Assembly (NCBI GenBank): GCA_012862495.1
Contig: BLSG01000029.1
Span: forward strand, 73,627 to 115,532
Length of the DNA: 41,906 nt
Origin: Thraustochytrium aureum
Taxonomy: Eukaryota
Direction: 5' to 3'
Under the pieces are notes generated by a model, which saw only the letters and a list, made by a program, of their open reading frames with translations, made no database searches and had not been told where the DNA came from. Position 1 is the first letter of the stretch, and each line of letters opens with the position of its first letter. Positions 1 to 9,864 of this stretch are shown one piece after another. Made by a program: the position numbers and the translations under genes.

Positions 1-168
1 AATGGAAGGGGACGCGATGGCGGGGGCTGGACAGCGAGCGGCTGGCCTGAGTGGCTTGCTCGTGGGATGTGCTTGGACGACCACGAATGCGCCTCTGTCC
101 TGTTCTTGTGGTCTGTCCTTGTCTGGTGGCGACGTTGGCCGGCGAACTCTGCCTTGGATGTGCGGGTG

Positions 169-236
169 TGGGTCGCCATTCTGGATCGCCATTCTGGTTC
201 GCCAACGTGGTTCGCCAACGTGGTTCGCCAACGTGG
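169..236. repeat. 13-bp minisatellite, 5 units
   Basis: TGGGTCGCCATTC (169-181), TGGATCGCCATTC (182-194), then TGGTTCGCCAACG x3 (195-233); lies just downstream of the SDR stop codon. Confidence 0.9.
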
Positions 237-301
237 CGCGAAAGCTGCCGGGCCCCAGAGTGCCGCGGCAGCAGGTTCGCCAGGCGCGCTGGCTTGCTGG
301 G

Positions 302-1271
302 CTACTGGGGCAGGTACTTTGCGTCGGCTGCCTCGAGGAACTCGCGCGCAACGTCCACGTTGTCTGAGCCTTTGGCACTCTGTCGCTCGCGACAGTCCTT
401 GAAATAGCGCCCGGTGACACCATTGACGTCGCGTGAGACCGCGAGAAAGAGGCTTGTCTGCGCGCCTTCTTCTGGCGTCTTCAGCGCCCATGCCTCAACG
501 CATCGAAGCGCGCCGCGGACGCGCAAGAGCGCGGAGTGGCCCTCGAGGCCCTTGTCCGCAACAGTGGTAAACACAGCCCCAGGGTGGAGGCAGTTGACTG
601 AAATGGGGCGCCCCTCGTCCAGCAACTCGCGCGCGAGGGCCTTCGAGTACAACAGCACGGCCAGCTTGGACTGGCCGTACGCCCGCCAGCTGTTGAATCC
701 TTCCCTAGCGCTGGGCTTTGTGCCGTCGAGCTCGAGCGACTTGGCCAGGTAGCGCGTCGCCGAGCTTGTGCAGCTCGGAAATCACGTTTGCGATTCGAGC
801 CTCCCCCTGCGACTTGCGCGCGCCGACCTCAAGGGAGCCAAGGAGCGCCCGCGTCAGCTGCATGGTGCCGACAAAGTTGACGTGCCAGTGTATTTCCATC
901 CCCGCCTGGCTCAGCGCGGCCTCCTTCTGGCGCGCGAGAAGGTCGAGGTGGACTCCAGCGTTGTTGACCAGAACGTGGATGCCCTCGGGGAACTCGGTTT
1001 TGATCCACTCTGCGAACGAGGCGACCGACTCGGGATTCGTGAGGTCGAGGTCGCGACCGATGCATGCCGGCCCAAGCTCCCGCGCTTGGGCCTCTGCTGT
1101 CGCCTTGTCCCTGGTCGTCACAACGACGGTCGCGCCGAGTTGGAGCAAAAGCCTTGCTGTGGCTTCGCCAAGTGAGCCTTGGCCAGCACCTGTGACAACG
1201 CAAACGCGGCCATTCATCGCAGGGCGGTCTCGGCACACCCCGCCAGCCACGAGCCACCTGCGCAGACACAT
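302..1271 (-). CDS. Short-chain dehydrogenase/reductase, retinol dehydrogenase 11-14-like (one apparent frameshift near 750; 5' end uncertain)
   Basis: LRRWLVAGGVC...GRVCVVTGAGQGSLG cofactor motif, LDL, VLVNNAGV, VNFVG in ORF 705-1295. AYGQSKLA (YxxxK), LHPGAV, KTPEEGAQT and GRYFKDC lie in the frame ending at 302. Frames join if GCGC at ~752-755 is read as GCGCGC. Confidence 0.85.
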
Positions 1272-1725
1272 CTGTGGGGTTTGTCGAGAACACACGTGAG
1301 AATCGCGAGCGAGCTTGCAAAGCTGGACCGGCTGGGAATGCCTGCGCGTTGCCGGTCTGCCGGCGTGGCTCCGGGGCCAACCCTTGGGCTGAGTAGTGTT
1401 TGGGCGCGGTCTGCGCTCGAGGCGAGTCCGGCGAGCGGCATGACCGACTCAGCTATGCAATCGTGCTCGTCCTACCCTGACTGTGCACCCTCGAAAGACC
1501 CTCGGAAAGAGACCCACCGAGTACGTACTGCGGTAGAGTAGTTGTGTGCCAGCACCCGAACCGGAATGACTCTGATGCAGACCTTCCGGCATCAGACAGC
1601 TCCGGAGGCAAGGCCACCCAGAGAACGGTCGATGCGAGTCGCATGTAGAGCAAGTACAGTAGACCATTTCCAGCTCCAGTTCCTCTGCAAACTCAGACAC
1701 AACAACAAGCGAGCTATCGCGCGCA

Positions 1726-2128
1726 TCACGCGGGCGGCGCCGCCTTCGAGCTGCTGGCTTGACGCTTTGCCGAGGAGACCAGGGCGTCGGGCGATGGCGC
1801 ACCCCGGGGCCGCTTTGACTTTTCTCGCTTCTTGGACGCCTTGGCGGCCTTGCGACGCGCCAAGAGGGCGTCCAGAGCAGCCGCGCGTTCGACGGGTCCA
1901 GGAAACAGGCGTATGACCGTCTCGTCGGCAGCTGTTTCCGGGACCTCGTCGACCGCGCGCTGGCTCACGACGCGCCCCGACGGCGAAAGCACGCAGAAGG
2001 GGAAAGCGCCGTTCATCTCGAGCCCGGTGATGGGGCACACAAACCTCGCGCTGGCATACTTGCGGTCTCCAGCGAGCGCATCAGCGCCAAGCGCCGCAGT
2101 CGAGGCGGGCTGGGCCGCTGCGGCAGAG
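1726..2128 (-). CDS. RTF2: Replication termination factor 2-like protein, 3' part (5' part in gap)
   Basis: FVCPITGLEMNGAFPFCVLSPSGRVVSQRAVDEV matches the second RING-like segment of Rtf2, followed by the typical basic tail (ARRKAAKASKKREKSKR). Confidence 0.75.
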
Positions 2129-2754
2129 NNNNNNNNNNNNNNNNNNNNNNNNNNNNNNNNNNNNNNNNNNNNNNNNNNNNNNNNNNNNNNNNNNNNNNNN
2201 NNNNNNNNNNNNNNNNNNNNNNNNNNNNNNNNNNNNNNNNNNNNNNNNNNNNNNNNNNNNNNNNNNNNNNNNNNNNNNNNNNNNNNNNNNNNNNNNNNNN
2301 NNNNNNNNNNNNNNNNNNNNNNNNNNNNNNNNNNNNNNNNNNNNNNNNNNNNNNNNNNNNNNNNNNNNNNNNNNNNNNNNNNNNNNNNNNNNNNNNNNNN
2401 NNNNNNNNNNNNNNNNNNNNNNNNNNNNNNNNNNNNNNNNNNNNNNNNNNNNNNNNNNNNNNNNNNNNNNNNNNNNNNNNNNNNNNNNNNNNNNNNNNNN
2501 NNNNNNNNNNNNNNNNNNNNNNNNNNNNNNNNNNNNNNNNNNNNNNNNNNNNNNNNNNNNNNNNNNNNNNNNNNNNNNNNNNNNNNNNNNNNNNNNNNNN
2601 NNNNNNNNNNNNNNNNNNNNNNNNNNNNNNNNNNNNNNNNNNNNNNNNNNNNNNNNNNNNNNNNNNNNNNNNNNNNNNNNNNNNNNNNNNNNNNNNNNNN
2701 NNNNNNNNNNNNNNNNNNNNNNNNNNNNNNNNNNNNNNNNNNNNNNNNNNNNNN

Positions 2755-3779
2755 NCGCCTTCCGCACTGGCGCCGTCGACGAGCGGGCGCAGCCAGGCAA
2801 CCAAATAGTCGACCACCTCGTCCTGCTCGGGCTCGTGGAACAACGTGTGGTACATCCCCGGGAAGACCTTGAGGTCCTTGTGCGGCACAGGGACAGCATC
2901 GAAGAACTCGCGGGCCTTTGGCAAGCTGCAGCACTCGTCAGCGTCGCCGAAGAGCACGAGCAGGTGCGGCACAACCAGGGCGGCGCGCTGCCTCTCCAAA
3001 GTCTTGAAGGCCCCAAGAATCTCTGCACCCAGCCGCGCGCGCAGGTTGCCGATCGTGTTGAGCGGATCTGACACATAGTCTTCCACGGCTTTGGGGTCCT
3101 TGGACATGTGTTTCGGGTCAACCGCGGGGATTGCGGCAACGTCGGGGGTGAAAGTCGAGGCCAGGCCAGCCGCTCGCGCTTGCAAGCGGAAGGTCAGCGA
3201 CCACTCGACGTTGATGGCCGGGGACGAGAGGATGAGGCCAGTCACCATGTCGGGCTCGCGCAAGCACGCAAACGTGGAGACCAGGCCGCCAAAGGACTGC
3301 CCCCAGAGGAAGCGCGGGATGTCGGGGTGCTCGTTTCGGATCTTGACCAGGAAGCTGTGCACGTCGTCGACAAACTCTTCGAACGAATTGCAGGCGCCGC
3401 GGAGCCCGCGCACGTCTTCGCTGCGGCCGTGCGACTGCTGGTCAAAGCTGTAAACGACCACTGACAGTTCTTGCGCGAGCCTGCGGAACACGTGGTTGTA
3501 TCGTGAGCTGTGCTCGTGGACGCCGTGGACAAAGAGGATAGTGGCACATGCCGGGCCGCCCTTCGGCTCAAAGCGCTGCTCCCAAAGCTTGATCCCGCGG
3601 GCATTCTCAAACATGCCGCTCGAGGGCTCTTCTTCCAGCGGCTTGGCCTCCCCGAGCCCCTTGTCGCCCTTCTCGGCCGCGCCCTGTGCCCCTGCGCCTA
3701 GGCCGGCTTCGTCGCCACCGCTGCCAGACATCTGCGCCCGCTCCCCTTCGCCGTCCAGCAGCCTCTCCTCGGACCCCAT
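2755..3779 (-). CDS. Alpha/beta hydrolase, monoglyceride lipase/lysophospholipase (Hydrolase_4) family; stop codon in gap
   Basis: FVHGVHEHSSRY, DQQSHGRS, nucleophile motif WGQSFGG, GDADECC (Asp), FPGMYHTLFHEP (His). Confidence 0.9.
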
Positions 3780-4861
3780 TCCCTTGGCGGCGCTCGCCCT
3801 CGTCCGCCCTGGCCTCGCCGCAGCACCAGCACCAGCCGGCCATCCTCAGCGCGCTCCGTCCAGCGAGTCAGTCGTGTGCGAGCCGGAGGAGTGGATGGAT
3901 CCCTGGCAAAGCCAGCCAGCGTCCGGCCAGCGTGNNNNNNNNNNNNNNNNNNNNNNNNNNNNNNNNNNNNNNNNNNNNNNNNNNNNNNNNNNNNNNNNNN
4001 NNNNNNNNNNNNNNNNNNNNNNNNNNNNNNNNNNNNNNNNNNNNNNNNNNNNNNNNNNNNNNNNNNNNNNNNNNNNNNNNNNNNNNNNNNNNNNNNNNNN
4101 NNNNNNNNNNNNNNNNNNNNNNNNNNNNNNNNNNNNNNNNNNNNNNNNNNNNNNNNNNNNNNNNNNNNNNNNNNNNNNNNNNNNNNNNNNNNNNNNNNNN
4201 NNNNNNNNNNNNNNNNNNNNNNNNNNNNNNNNNNNNNNNNNNNNNNNNNNNNNNNNNNNNNNNNNNNNNNNNNNNNNNNNNNNNNNNNNNNNNNNNNNNN
4301 NNNNNNNNNNNNNNNNNNNNNNNNNNNNNNNNNNNNNNNNNNNNNNNNNNNNNNNNNNNNNNNNNNNNNNNNNNNNNNNNNNNNNNNNNNNNNNNNNNNN
4401 NNNNNNNNNNNNNNNNNNNNNNNNNNNNNNNNNNNNNNNNNNNNNNNNNNNNNNNNNNNNNNNNNNNNNNNNNNNNNNNNNNNNNNNNNNNNNNNNNNNN
4501 NNNNNNNNNNNNNNNNNNNNNNNNNNNNNNNNNNNNNNNNNNNNNNNNNNNNNNNNNNNNNNNNNNNNNNNNNNNNNNNNNNNNNNNNNNNNNNNNNNNN
4601 NNNNNNNNNNNNNNGTAAGGCGCAGGGCGCGAAGGCATTGGGGCGAAGTGCTCTTGGCAGCGACGGTCAGGCCACGCCATGCTCCGCCGGCTTGGCTATC
4701 GAGCAAGATCTCGCAAGGGCGTCGACGTTGCGAATCGCGGTTGGTTATCTTACATAGTCAGCATCAGCGGGTTGGGCTTTAGGAGTGCATTGAGTGCCTA
4801 TAGATAGGATTTCATTGATGGCCAGCCAAGAGCTTGCCGAACAAGGCCTCCGGCATCGTCG

Positions 4862-5812
4862 TCAAGGCATGGGGGCAAAGTGCCCAGCAGGTGGCACTGC
4901 GTTGGCGCTGCGGTTGAGCGCCCGCCGCAGGAGGTCGCCGCCAGCGACCTTTTTACGCGGATCGCTCGAGCGCGCCGGCGAGAACCACATCAAGTCGGCC
5001 TTGCCTGGGGAAGCCTGGTTGGGGACAAGGCCGTCCGGGAGTCTGGCAGCCGCCCGCACCTCCGCCCCAGACGCCGTCGAGACCTCCCCGGGCGCGGGTT
5101 TGCACTTTTGCTTGAGTGGGTCAAAGCAGGACAGCGAGGGCTTGCGCTCCAGCTCCCGGGGCTCGCCTGCTCCCGTGAGGCTCACAGCAATGTCCTCGTA
5201 GAGCACGCCAAAGGCCGCTGTTCCTCCCGAAGCCTGCTGATGTTGTGCGCGCAGCTGCTCCTCGCGGAACATGCCCATGACGGTCGAGGCCGTGCCGCTG
5301 AGCGATTGGCTTGCGTTGAAGTGGGCCGCGTCAGCTCTGAATTGGCTGGCGGAGTGCTGAGACCCTGGTCTGTTGTATTCGCTCGCGTCGTATGCGTGCA
5401 AAACGTGCGGGCTTGGCATCGACATAGGGCGTTGGCCGCGCACCCTTTCATCGGATCCTGCGCTTGTGAGCGGCCTGGTGGTGGTCCCCGAGCCTTGCTG
5501 AAAGAGGATCTGTGCCTCAAGGGAGTCTAGCTTGGAAATCTGCTGCATCCGCGAGAACACGAGGCTGTGCAGGAGCGACTCGGAGTTGGCGTTGTTGAGC
5601 AGCGACTTGAGCTGCGCCGGCATGTCTGGATCGTGCTGGCGGCTCCGCAGCTCGTCGAGCAAGTCCGCAAGCGGGACCGCTTTCCGCTCTCCTATGAGCC
5701 TCACCGCACGTTGCGTTGAGGGACGAACGGTGAGGTAGCGCAGCACCGAGTCGCGTTTGCATCGCCGGAGGAGGACCTCCTCGCACGAGTCGTGAAGAAG
5801 CTGGTCGCTCAT
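4862..5812 (-). CDS. Hypothetical protein (~316 aa)
   Basis: Long ATG-started ORF with a helical-looking N-terminal half (MSDQLLHDSCEEVLLRRCKRDSVLRYL...) and a Ser/Ala-rich tail; no recognised family. Confidence 0.5.
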   Translation of the reverse strand: MSDQLLHDSCEEVLLRRCKRDSVLRYLTVRPSTQRAVRLIGERKAVPLADLLDELRSRQHDPDMPAQLKSLLNNANSESLLHSLVFSRMQQISKLDSLEAQILFQQGSGTTTRPLTSAGSDERVRGQRPMSMPSPHVLHAYDASEYNRPGSQHSASQFRADAAHFNASQSLSGTASTVMGMFREEQLRAQHQQASGGTAAFGVLYEDIAVSLTGAGEPRELERKPSLSCFDPLKQKCKPAPGEVSTASGAEVRAAARLPDGLVPNQASPGKADLMWFSPARSSDPRKKVAGGDLLRRALNRSANAVPPAGHFAPMP

Positions 5813-6218
5813 TGTCGGCCAATGAGCACAGGCGCGATTCAGCTCTGCCCTTGGCGCTTGCGCCGCGGCCCGCCGTCCCCCCGCAGCCACGCACGAGCCC
5901 ACACTTGCACGTGCTCCGCCTCGCAGGTTTCGGCGACAGCGCCTTGCCGCCAGCCGAGCGCCAGAGGCTCCGTGCGCCCCGCGAGGATGTTCCTCGCGCC
6001 AGCCGCCGTCTTTCGCGGCAGGTCGCCCCGCTCGCCGAGCCCTTTTTCGGCTTCCTCGTCAGCCCGGCTGAGCGTGCCCAACGCTCGTATTTCGAGCAAC
6101 GAGGAGGCCGGTCCCGTTTTTCCGTGGCGTCCTAGCCGAAGGAAATTGCAGATCCTCCAGGCGTCCTGCCCGGCTCCCAACTTGCCTGCAGCTCGCTCAG
6201 CGTCTCGATGGGCTAGCG

Positions 6219-6682
6219 GCCTGCCTGCCTGCCTGCTGCCTGCCTGTCTGCCTGCATGCATGATGCATGCTGGGCTCGCTCATTCTCGGGCAGGCAGCGT
6301 GTCCTCTAGCAAGCTAGAGGTCGCGTTAGGCGAAACGGTAGGCCTCCTGGCGGCGGCCCTGAGGCGGANNNNNNNNNNNNNNNNNNNNNNNNNNNNNNNN
6401 NNNNNNNNNNNNNNNNNNNNNNNNNNNNNNNNNNNNNNNNNNNNNNNNNNNNNNNNNNNNNNNNNNNNNNNNNNNNNNNNNNNNNNNNNNNNNNNNNNNN
6501 NNNNNNNNNNNNNNNNNNNNNNNNNNNNNNNNNNNNNNNNNNNNNNNNNNNNNNNNNNNNNNNNNNNNNNNCGCGTTAGGCGAAACGGTAGGCCTCTGGC
6601 GGCGGCCCTGAGGCGGATGATTTGTCGCGCATTCGCTCGCTCCAGCAGGAGCTCGCTCGCTCGCTCGACGCTCGCTCGCTCG
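6219..6682. repeat. Tetranucleotide microsatellite tracts (GCCT)n and (GCTC)n flanking a gap
   Basis: gcctgcctgcctgcctgctgcctgcctg at ~6219-6254 and gctcgctcgctcgctcgacgctcgctcgctcg at ~6652-6682. Confidence 0.75.
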
Positions 6683-7455
6683 TTCATCCACACTGCCTGC
6701 CCTGCGTGCCGGTCAATGCGCTTTGCCTGCTGGCCGAGGCGGCCTTGCTGCGCGAGCAAGCGACGCAGGGTTGGACGATTCCGGTGGCTTCGAGTAGGCG
6801 TTAGTCGCCCTCGAGGAGGCGTTACCTAGTCGCCCTTGACTCGCTCTTGTGCGCCGACGAGCGATTGAAGGACGCACTGCTCCTTGACAGTCTGACTGCC
6901 TGATGCGCTGCATGCCTGCCTGCCTCCATACCCTCGGCAACTGTCACCCTCATCAGCGTGGACATGGACGCAGTGCTGCGCCCCTCGCGCGGGCCAGCCA
7001 GGCGACGGTATTTGCAGCGGTTTGGGCGGCGATTGGGCGGGACCGTCCACGATGCGGGACTTGCGGTTAGGACGAGCGAGTCGGGCGTCGTGGTGGGGTG
7101 CGGCGAACGGGTGCAATCTGAGTTTTGCCAAGAGTCGGCCCTCGTTGGATCTACTGGTCGCGCCAGGTCGACTCGGTTGAGTGGCCTCTCGAGGCGGTCG
7201 GTCGTCCGGGCATCATCCTTCCCTCGCAGTTGGTCGGAGCCACGATCTGGGCCGCGCCGCACGGCCGCTGGCGCCTTCCGTGAGTGAGTGAGCCAAGCAA
7301 AGCCAAGAGCCGCGGCAGAGAAAGAAAAAAAAACTGGCCGTTGGTCGGCGCGCAAAGCAAGCCAGGACGAAATCGTCCGAGCCACCTTGTACGCTCAAGA
7401 TCTTGGAAAGCAAACGGGCTGTATGTTTGTAAGTACTTGGATGTCCCAGGGCTCA

Positions 7456-9015
7456 TCAGGCCTCGGCCCGTTTTGTTACGTTGAGGCGCATGCAGACGCG
7501 CGCCGTGTTGAAGTCAAAGGGGCGGAGCCCAAACCCCGTAAAGATGGTGGACCAATCGTAATCAGGCGCCACGGAGAGGTCAAAGTGCTGAAACACGGTG
7601 GTGATCGCCGTGATGCCCTCGTACATGGCAAAGTTGCGCCCAGCACAGTTGCGCGGCCCGTCCGAGAAGGGAATAAACGAGCCGCGCACAATCTTGTTGA
7701 GAAAACGGTCCGGGTTGAACGTGAGCGGGTCCTCCCAGCTCTTGGGGTCCCTGTGGATCGCGCAGGCCGGCAACCAGACCCGGGTCGCACGCGGGATGAT
7801 GAGGTCGTCCAACTGGACCTCTTTGGTGGTCTGCCTGGCCACGAGCGAAGCTGGCGGGCAGAGGCGCAGCGTCTCGAGGAACACGCGCTCGGTAAACTTG
7901 AGGTTTTTGATGTCGTCCATTGTCGGGTGGCGCCCGCCAAGCACCTGGTCCACCTCGTCGCGGACGCGCTGCGCAAACTCAGGGTGCATGGCGAGGAAGT
8001 ACAAGGCATGGGCCGAGGTGGGGACCGCCGTGTTGAAGCCCGCAAACAGGATTTCGACAAGGTTGTCGCCCAGCTCGGCCGTGAGAAGCGCGACGTTGCC
8101 CTCCGCCTCTGGGTACTGCTCGACGTAGACGTCAATCATCTTTTGCAGCAAGTCGCCGCGCGGCTTGATTCCCGCGTTGAGGTCCTCGAGCCGCTTCTCG
8201 ATGACGCGGCGGATCACGTCGCGGGCCTGCCACGACTTTTCAGCCATCTCGCGGTTGTCGGGCGTGTCGCTGACAAAGTCGTTTTGGGTCTCGTAGTCTG
8301 GCGCGTACGCGCGGCGCGGCAGCTCTTCCAGGAGGTACTCGAACGAGTCCTCGATCGCGCCGGGCCCCTCGTCGAAATCGCGAATGTAGCCAAGGTCGTA
8401 GTTGAAAGCAACCCGGCCCATGCCGTCCAGGTGGTACACGGCGAGGGCGCGCATAAAGTCAAGGTCCTCGCCTGACTGTGCGTGGCGCTCGAGGATGCCG
8501 CGGAGCCCTTGAGCGGCGACCTCCATGTCTTCGGCCATCAGCTTAACGTTGTGCTTTTGAAAGCTCTTCTTCAGCACGTTGCGGAGGTCGAGCCACTCTT
8601 TGCCTTCGAGGATGAAAAGCACTTGTGGCCGAAGAAGGCGGCGCTGGGGGGGCGCAGCCCGCCCAAAAAGTGCTGCACTGATGACGTGAGGATCTTGCGC
8701 ACGGAGCTGGGCTTTGTGACCATCAGCACGTGCCCGGACTCGACCGTGTCGACGTAGCCGAGCCCGGTCTCCGGGTGCACGTTGGCGGCCATCATGTTGA
8801 GCCCAGCCACGTAGTCCTCGCTCAGCGTGACGTCGGAGCCGACCAGGGGGATCTCCTCGATCCCGTCCAGGTCGACAAAGTCGAGCTCGATCGTGTACGG
8901 GCTCTCGTCCTCGGAGGTAGCAGACCCGCCGACGGCTGCAGCGGTCGCAGCGCCTTCCTCGCTCGTCCCGATCGCCGCACACTCTTGCGTGATTATGCCA
9001 GCGACCTTGCCTTGC
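7456..9015 (-). CDS. Cytochrome P450 (5' end in gap; one apparent frameshift near 8625)
   Basis: Heme motif FIPFSDGPRNCAG, K-helix ETLR, PDRF, I-helix LFAGFNTA. The upstream frame (...KILTSSVQHFLGGLRPPSAAFFG) joins VLFILEGKEW with one added base and stays open to the gap at 9015. Confidence 0.92.
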   Translation of the reverse strand, partial: ARQGRWHNHARVCGDRDERGRRCDRCSRRRVCYLRGREPVHDRARLCRPGRDRGDPPGRLRRHAERGLRGWAQHDGRQRAPGDRARLRRHGRVRARADGHKAQLRAQDPHVISAALFGRAAPPQRRLLRPQVLFILEGKEWLDLRNVLKKSFQKHNVKLMAEDMEVAAQGLRGILERHAQSGEDLDFMRALAVYHLDGMGRVAFNYDLGYIRDFDEGPGAIEDSFEYLLEELPRRAYAPDYETQNDFVSDTPDNREMAEKSWQARDVIRRVIEKRLEDLNAGIKPRGDLLQKMIDVYVEQYPEAEGNVALLTAELGDNLVEILFAGFNTAVPTSAHALYFLAMHPEFAQRVRDEVDQVLGGRHPTMDDIKNLKFTERVFLETLRLCPPASLVARQTTKEVQLDDLIIPRATRVWLPACAIHRDPKSWEDPLTFNPDRFLNKIVRGSFIPFSDGPRNCAGRNFAMYEGITAITTVFQHFDLSVAPDYDWSTIFTGFGLRPFDFNTARVCMRLNVTKRAEA

Positions 9016-9403
9016 NNNNNNNNNNNNNNNNNNNNNNNNNNNNNNNNNNNNNNNNNNNNNNNNNNNNNNNNNNNNNNNNNNNNNNNNNNNNNNNNNNNNN
9101 NNNNNNNNNNNNNNNNNNNNNNNNNNNNNNNNNNNNNNNNNNNNNNNNNNNNNNNNNNNNNNNNNNNNNNNNNNNNNNNNNNNNNNNNNNNNNNNNNNNN
9201 NNNNNNNNNNNNNNNNNNNNNNNNNNNNNNNNNNNNNNNNNNNNNNNNNNNNNNNNNNNNNNNNNNNNNNNNNNNNNNNNNNNNNNNNNNNNNNNNNNNN
9301 NNNNNNNNNNNNNNNNNNNNNNNNNNNNNNNNNNNNNNNNNNNNNNNNNNNNNNNNNNNNNNNNNNNNNNNNNNNNNNNNNNNNNNNNNNNNNNNNNNNN
9401 TTT

Positions 9404-9474
9404 ACCTATAAAAGATTTCGGACGATTTTTGGCCCATCGCGAGAATATTTTATATGGTTAAAACCCTATAAAAT
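9404..9474. repeat. Left subterminal repeats of the transposon
   Basis: ACCTATAAAA at 9404-9413; imperfect palindrome ATTTTATATGGTT-AA-AACCCTATAAAAT at 9447-9474 (12/13 match). Confidence 0.75.
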
Positions 9475-9864
9475 GGATGACTCACCTTCCTTGCTGATTA
9501 ATCGACCATTCCGCTTGCCTGCACGCGTTGCCACGCCTCGACATGAAACCCCGGAATCGCATGTCTTCGCGCCCCAAACCCTTCCTTTGGTGCCCACGTT
9601 CCACGCCAACCACAACTTGAATCCTGCCAGACCTCATCATCGTTCAAAAAAGTTTCGAGACTTGGCAGCGAGCGCGCGGTTTGCAGGGCGGTGCTGAAGA
9701 AGCAGAAGGCGTCGGGTTGGAGCTCCAGGCAGGGCAGGGCGGGAACGGGAGCGCAAGGCAAGCCCCCACCAGAAAGGCTTGGCGTCGCACCACGTGGCCG
9801 GCCTGAACTTGTGTGTGGTCGCTCCTCCAGGCGCTCCTCCAACTTGTCTCAAGGCAAGACAAGG

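Noticed and set aside
6322..6617. 47/46-bp direct repeat CGCGTTAGGCGAAACGGTAGGCCTC(C)TGGCGGCGGCCCTGAGGCGGA on both sides of a gap
   Set aside because: The copies abut the gap edges exactly and differ by one base, which is typical of unmerged overlapping contig ends rather than an LTR or TSD. A collapsed tandem array cannot be fully excluded.
7288..8475. Long antisense ORFs opposite real genes (e.g. 7288-8475, 19786-20580, 26251-28023, 33110-34102, 37794-39257)
   Set aside because: Shadow frames expected from high GC3 codon usage; no motifs of their own.
9473..9697. 74-aa ORF upstream of the transposase as a second element gene
   Set aside because: Short, no recognisable motif, and its ATG overlaps the subterminal repeat. 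It could be a 5' exon but this is unsupported.
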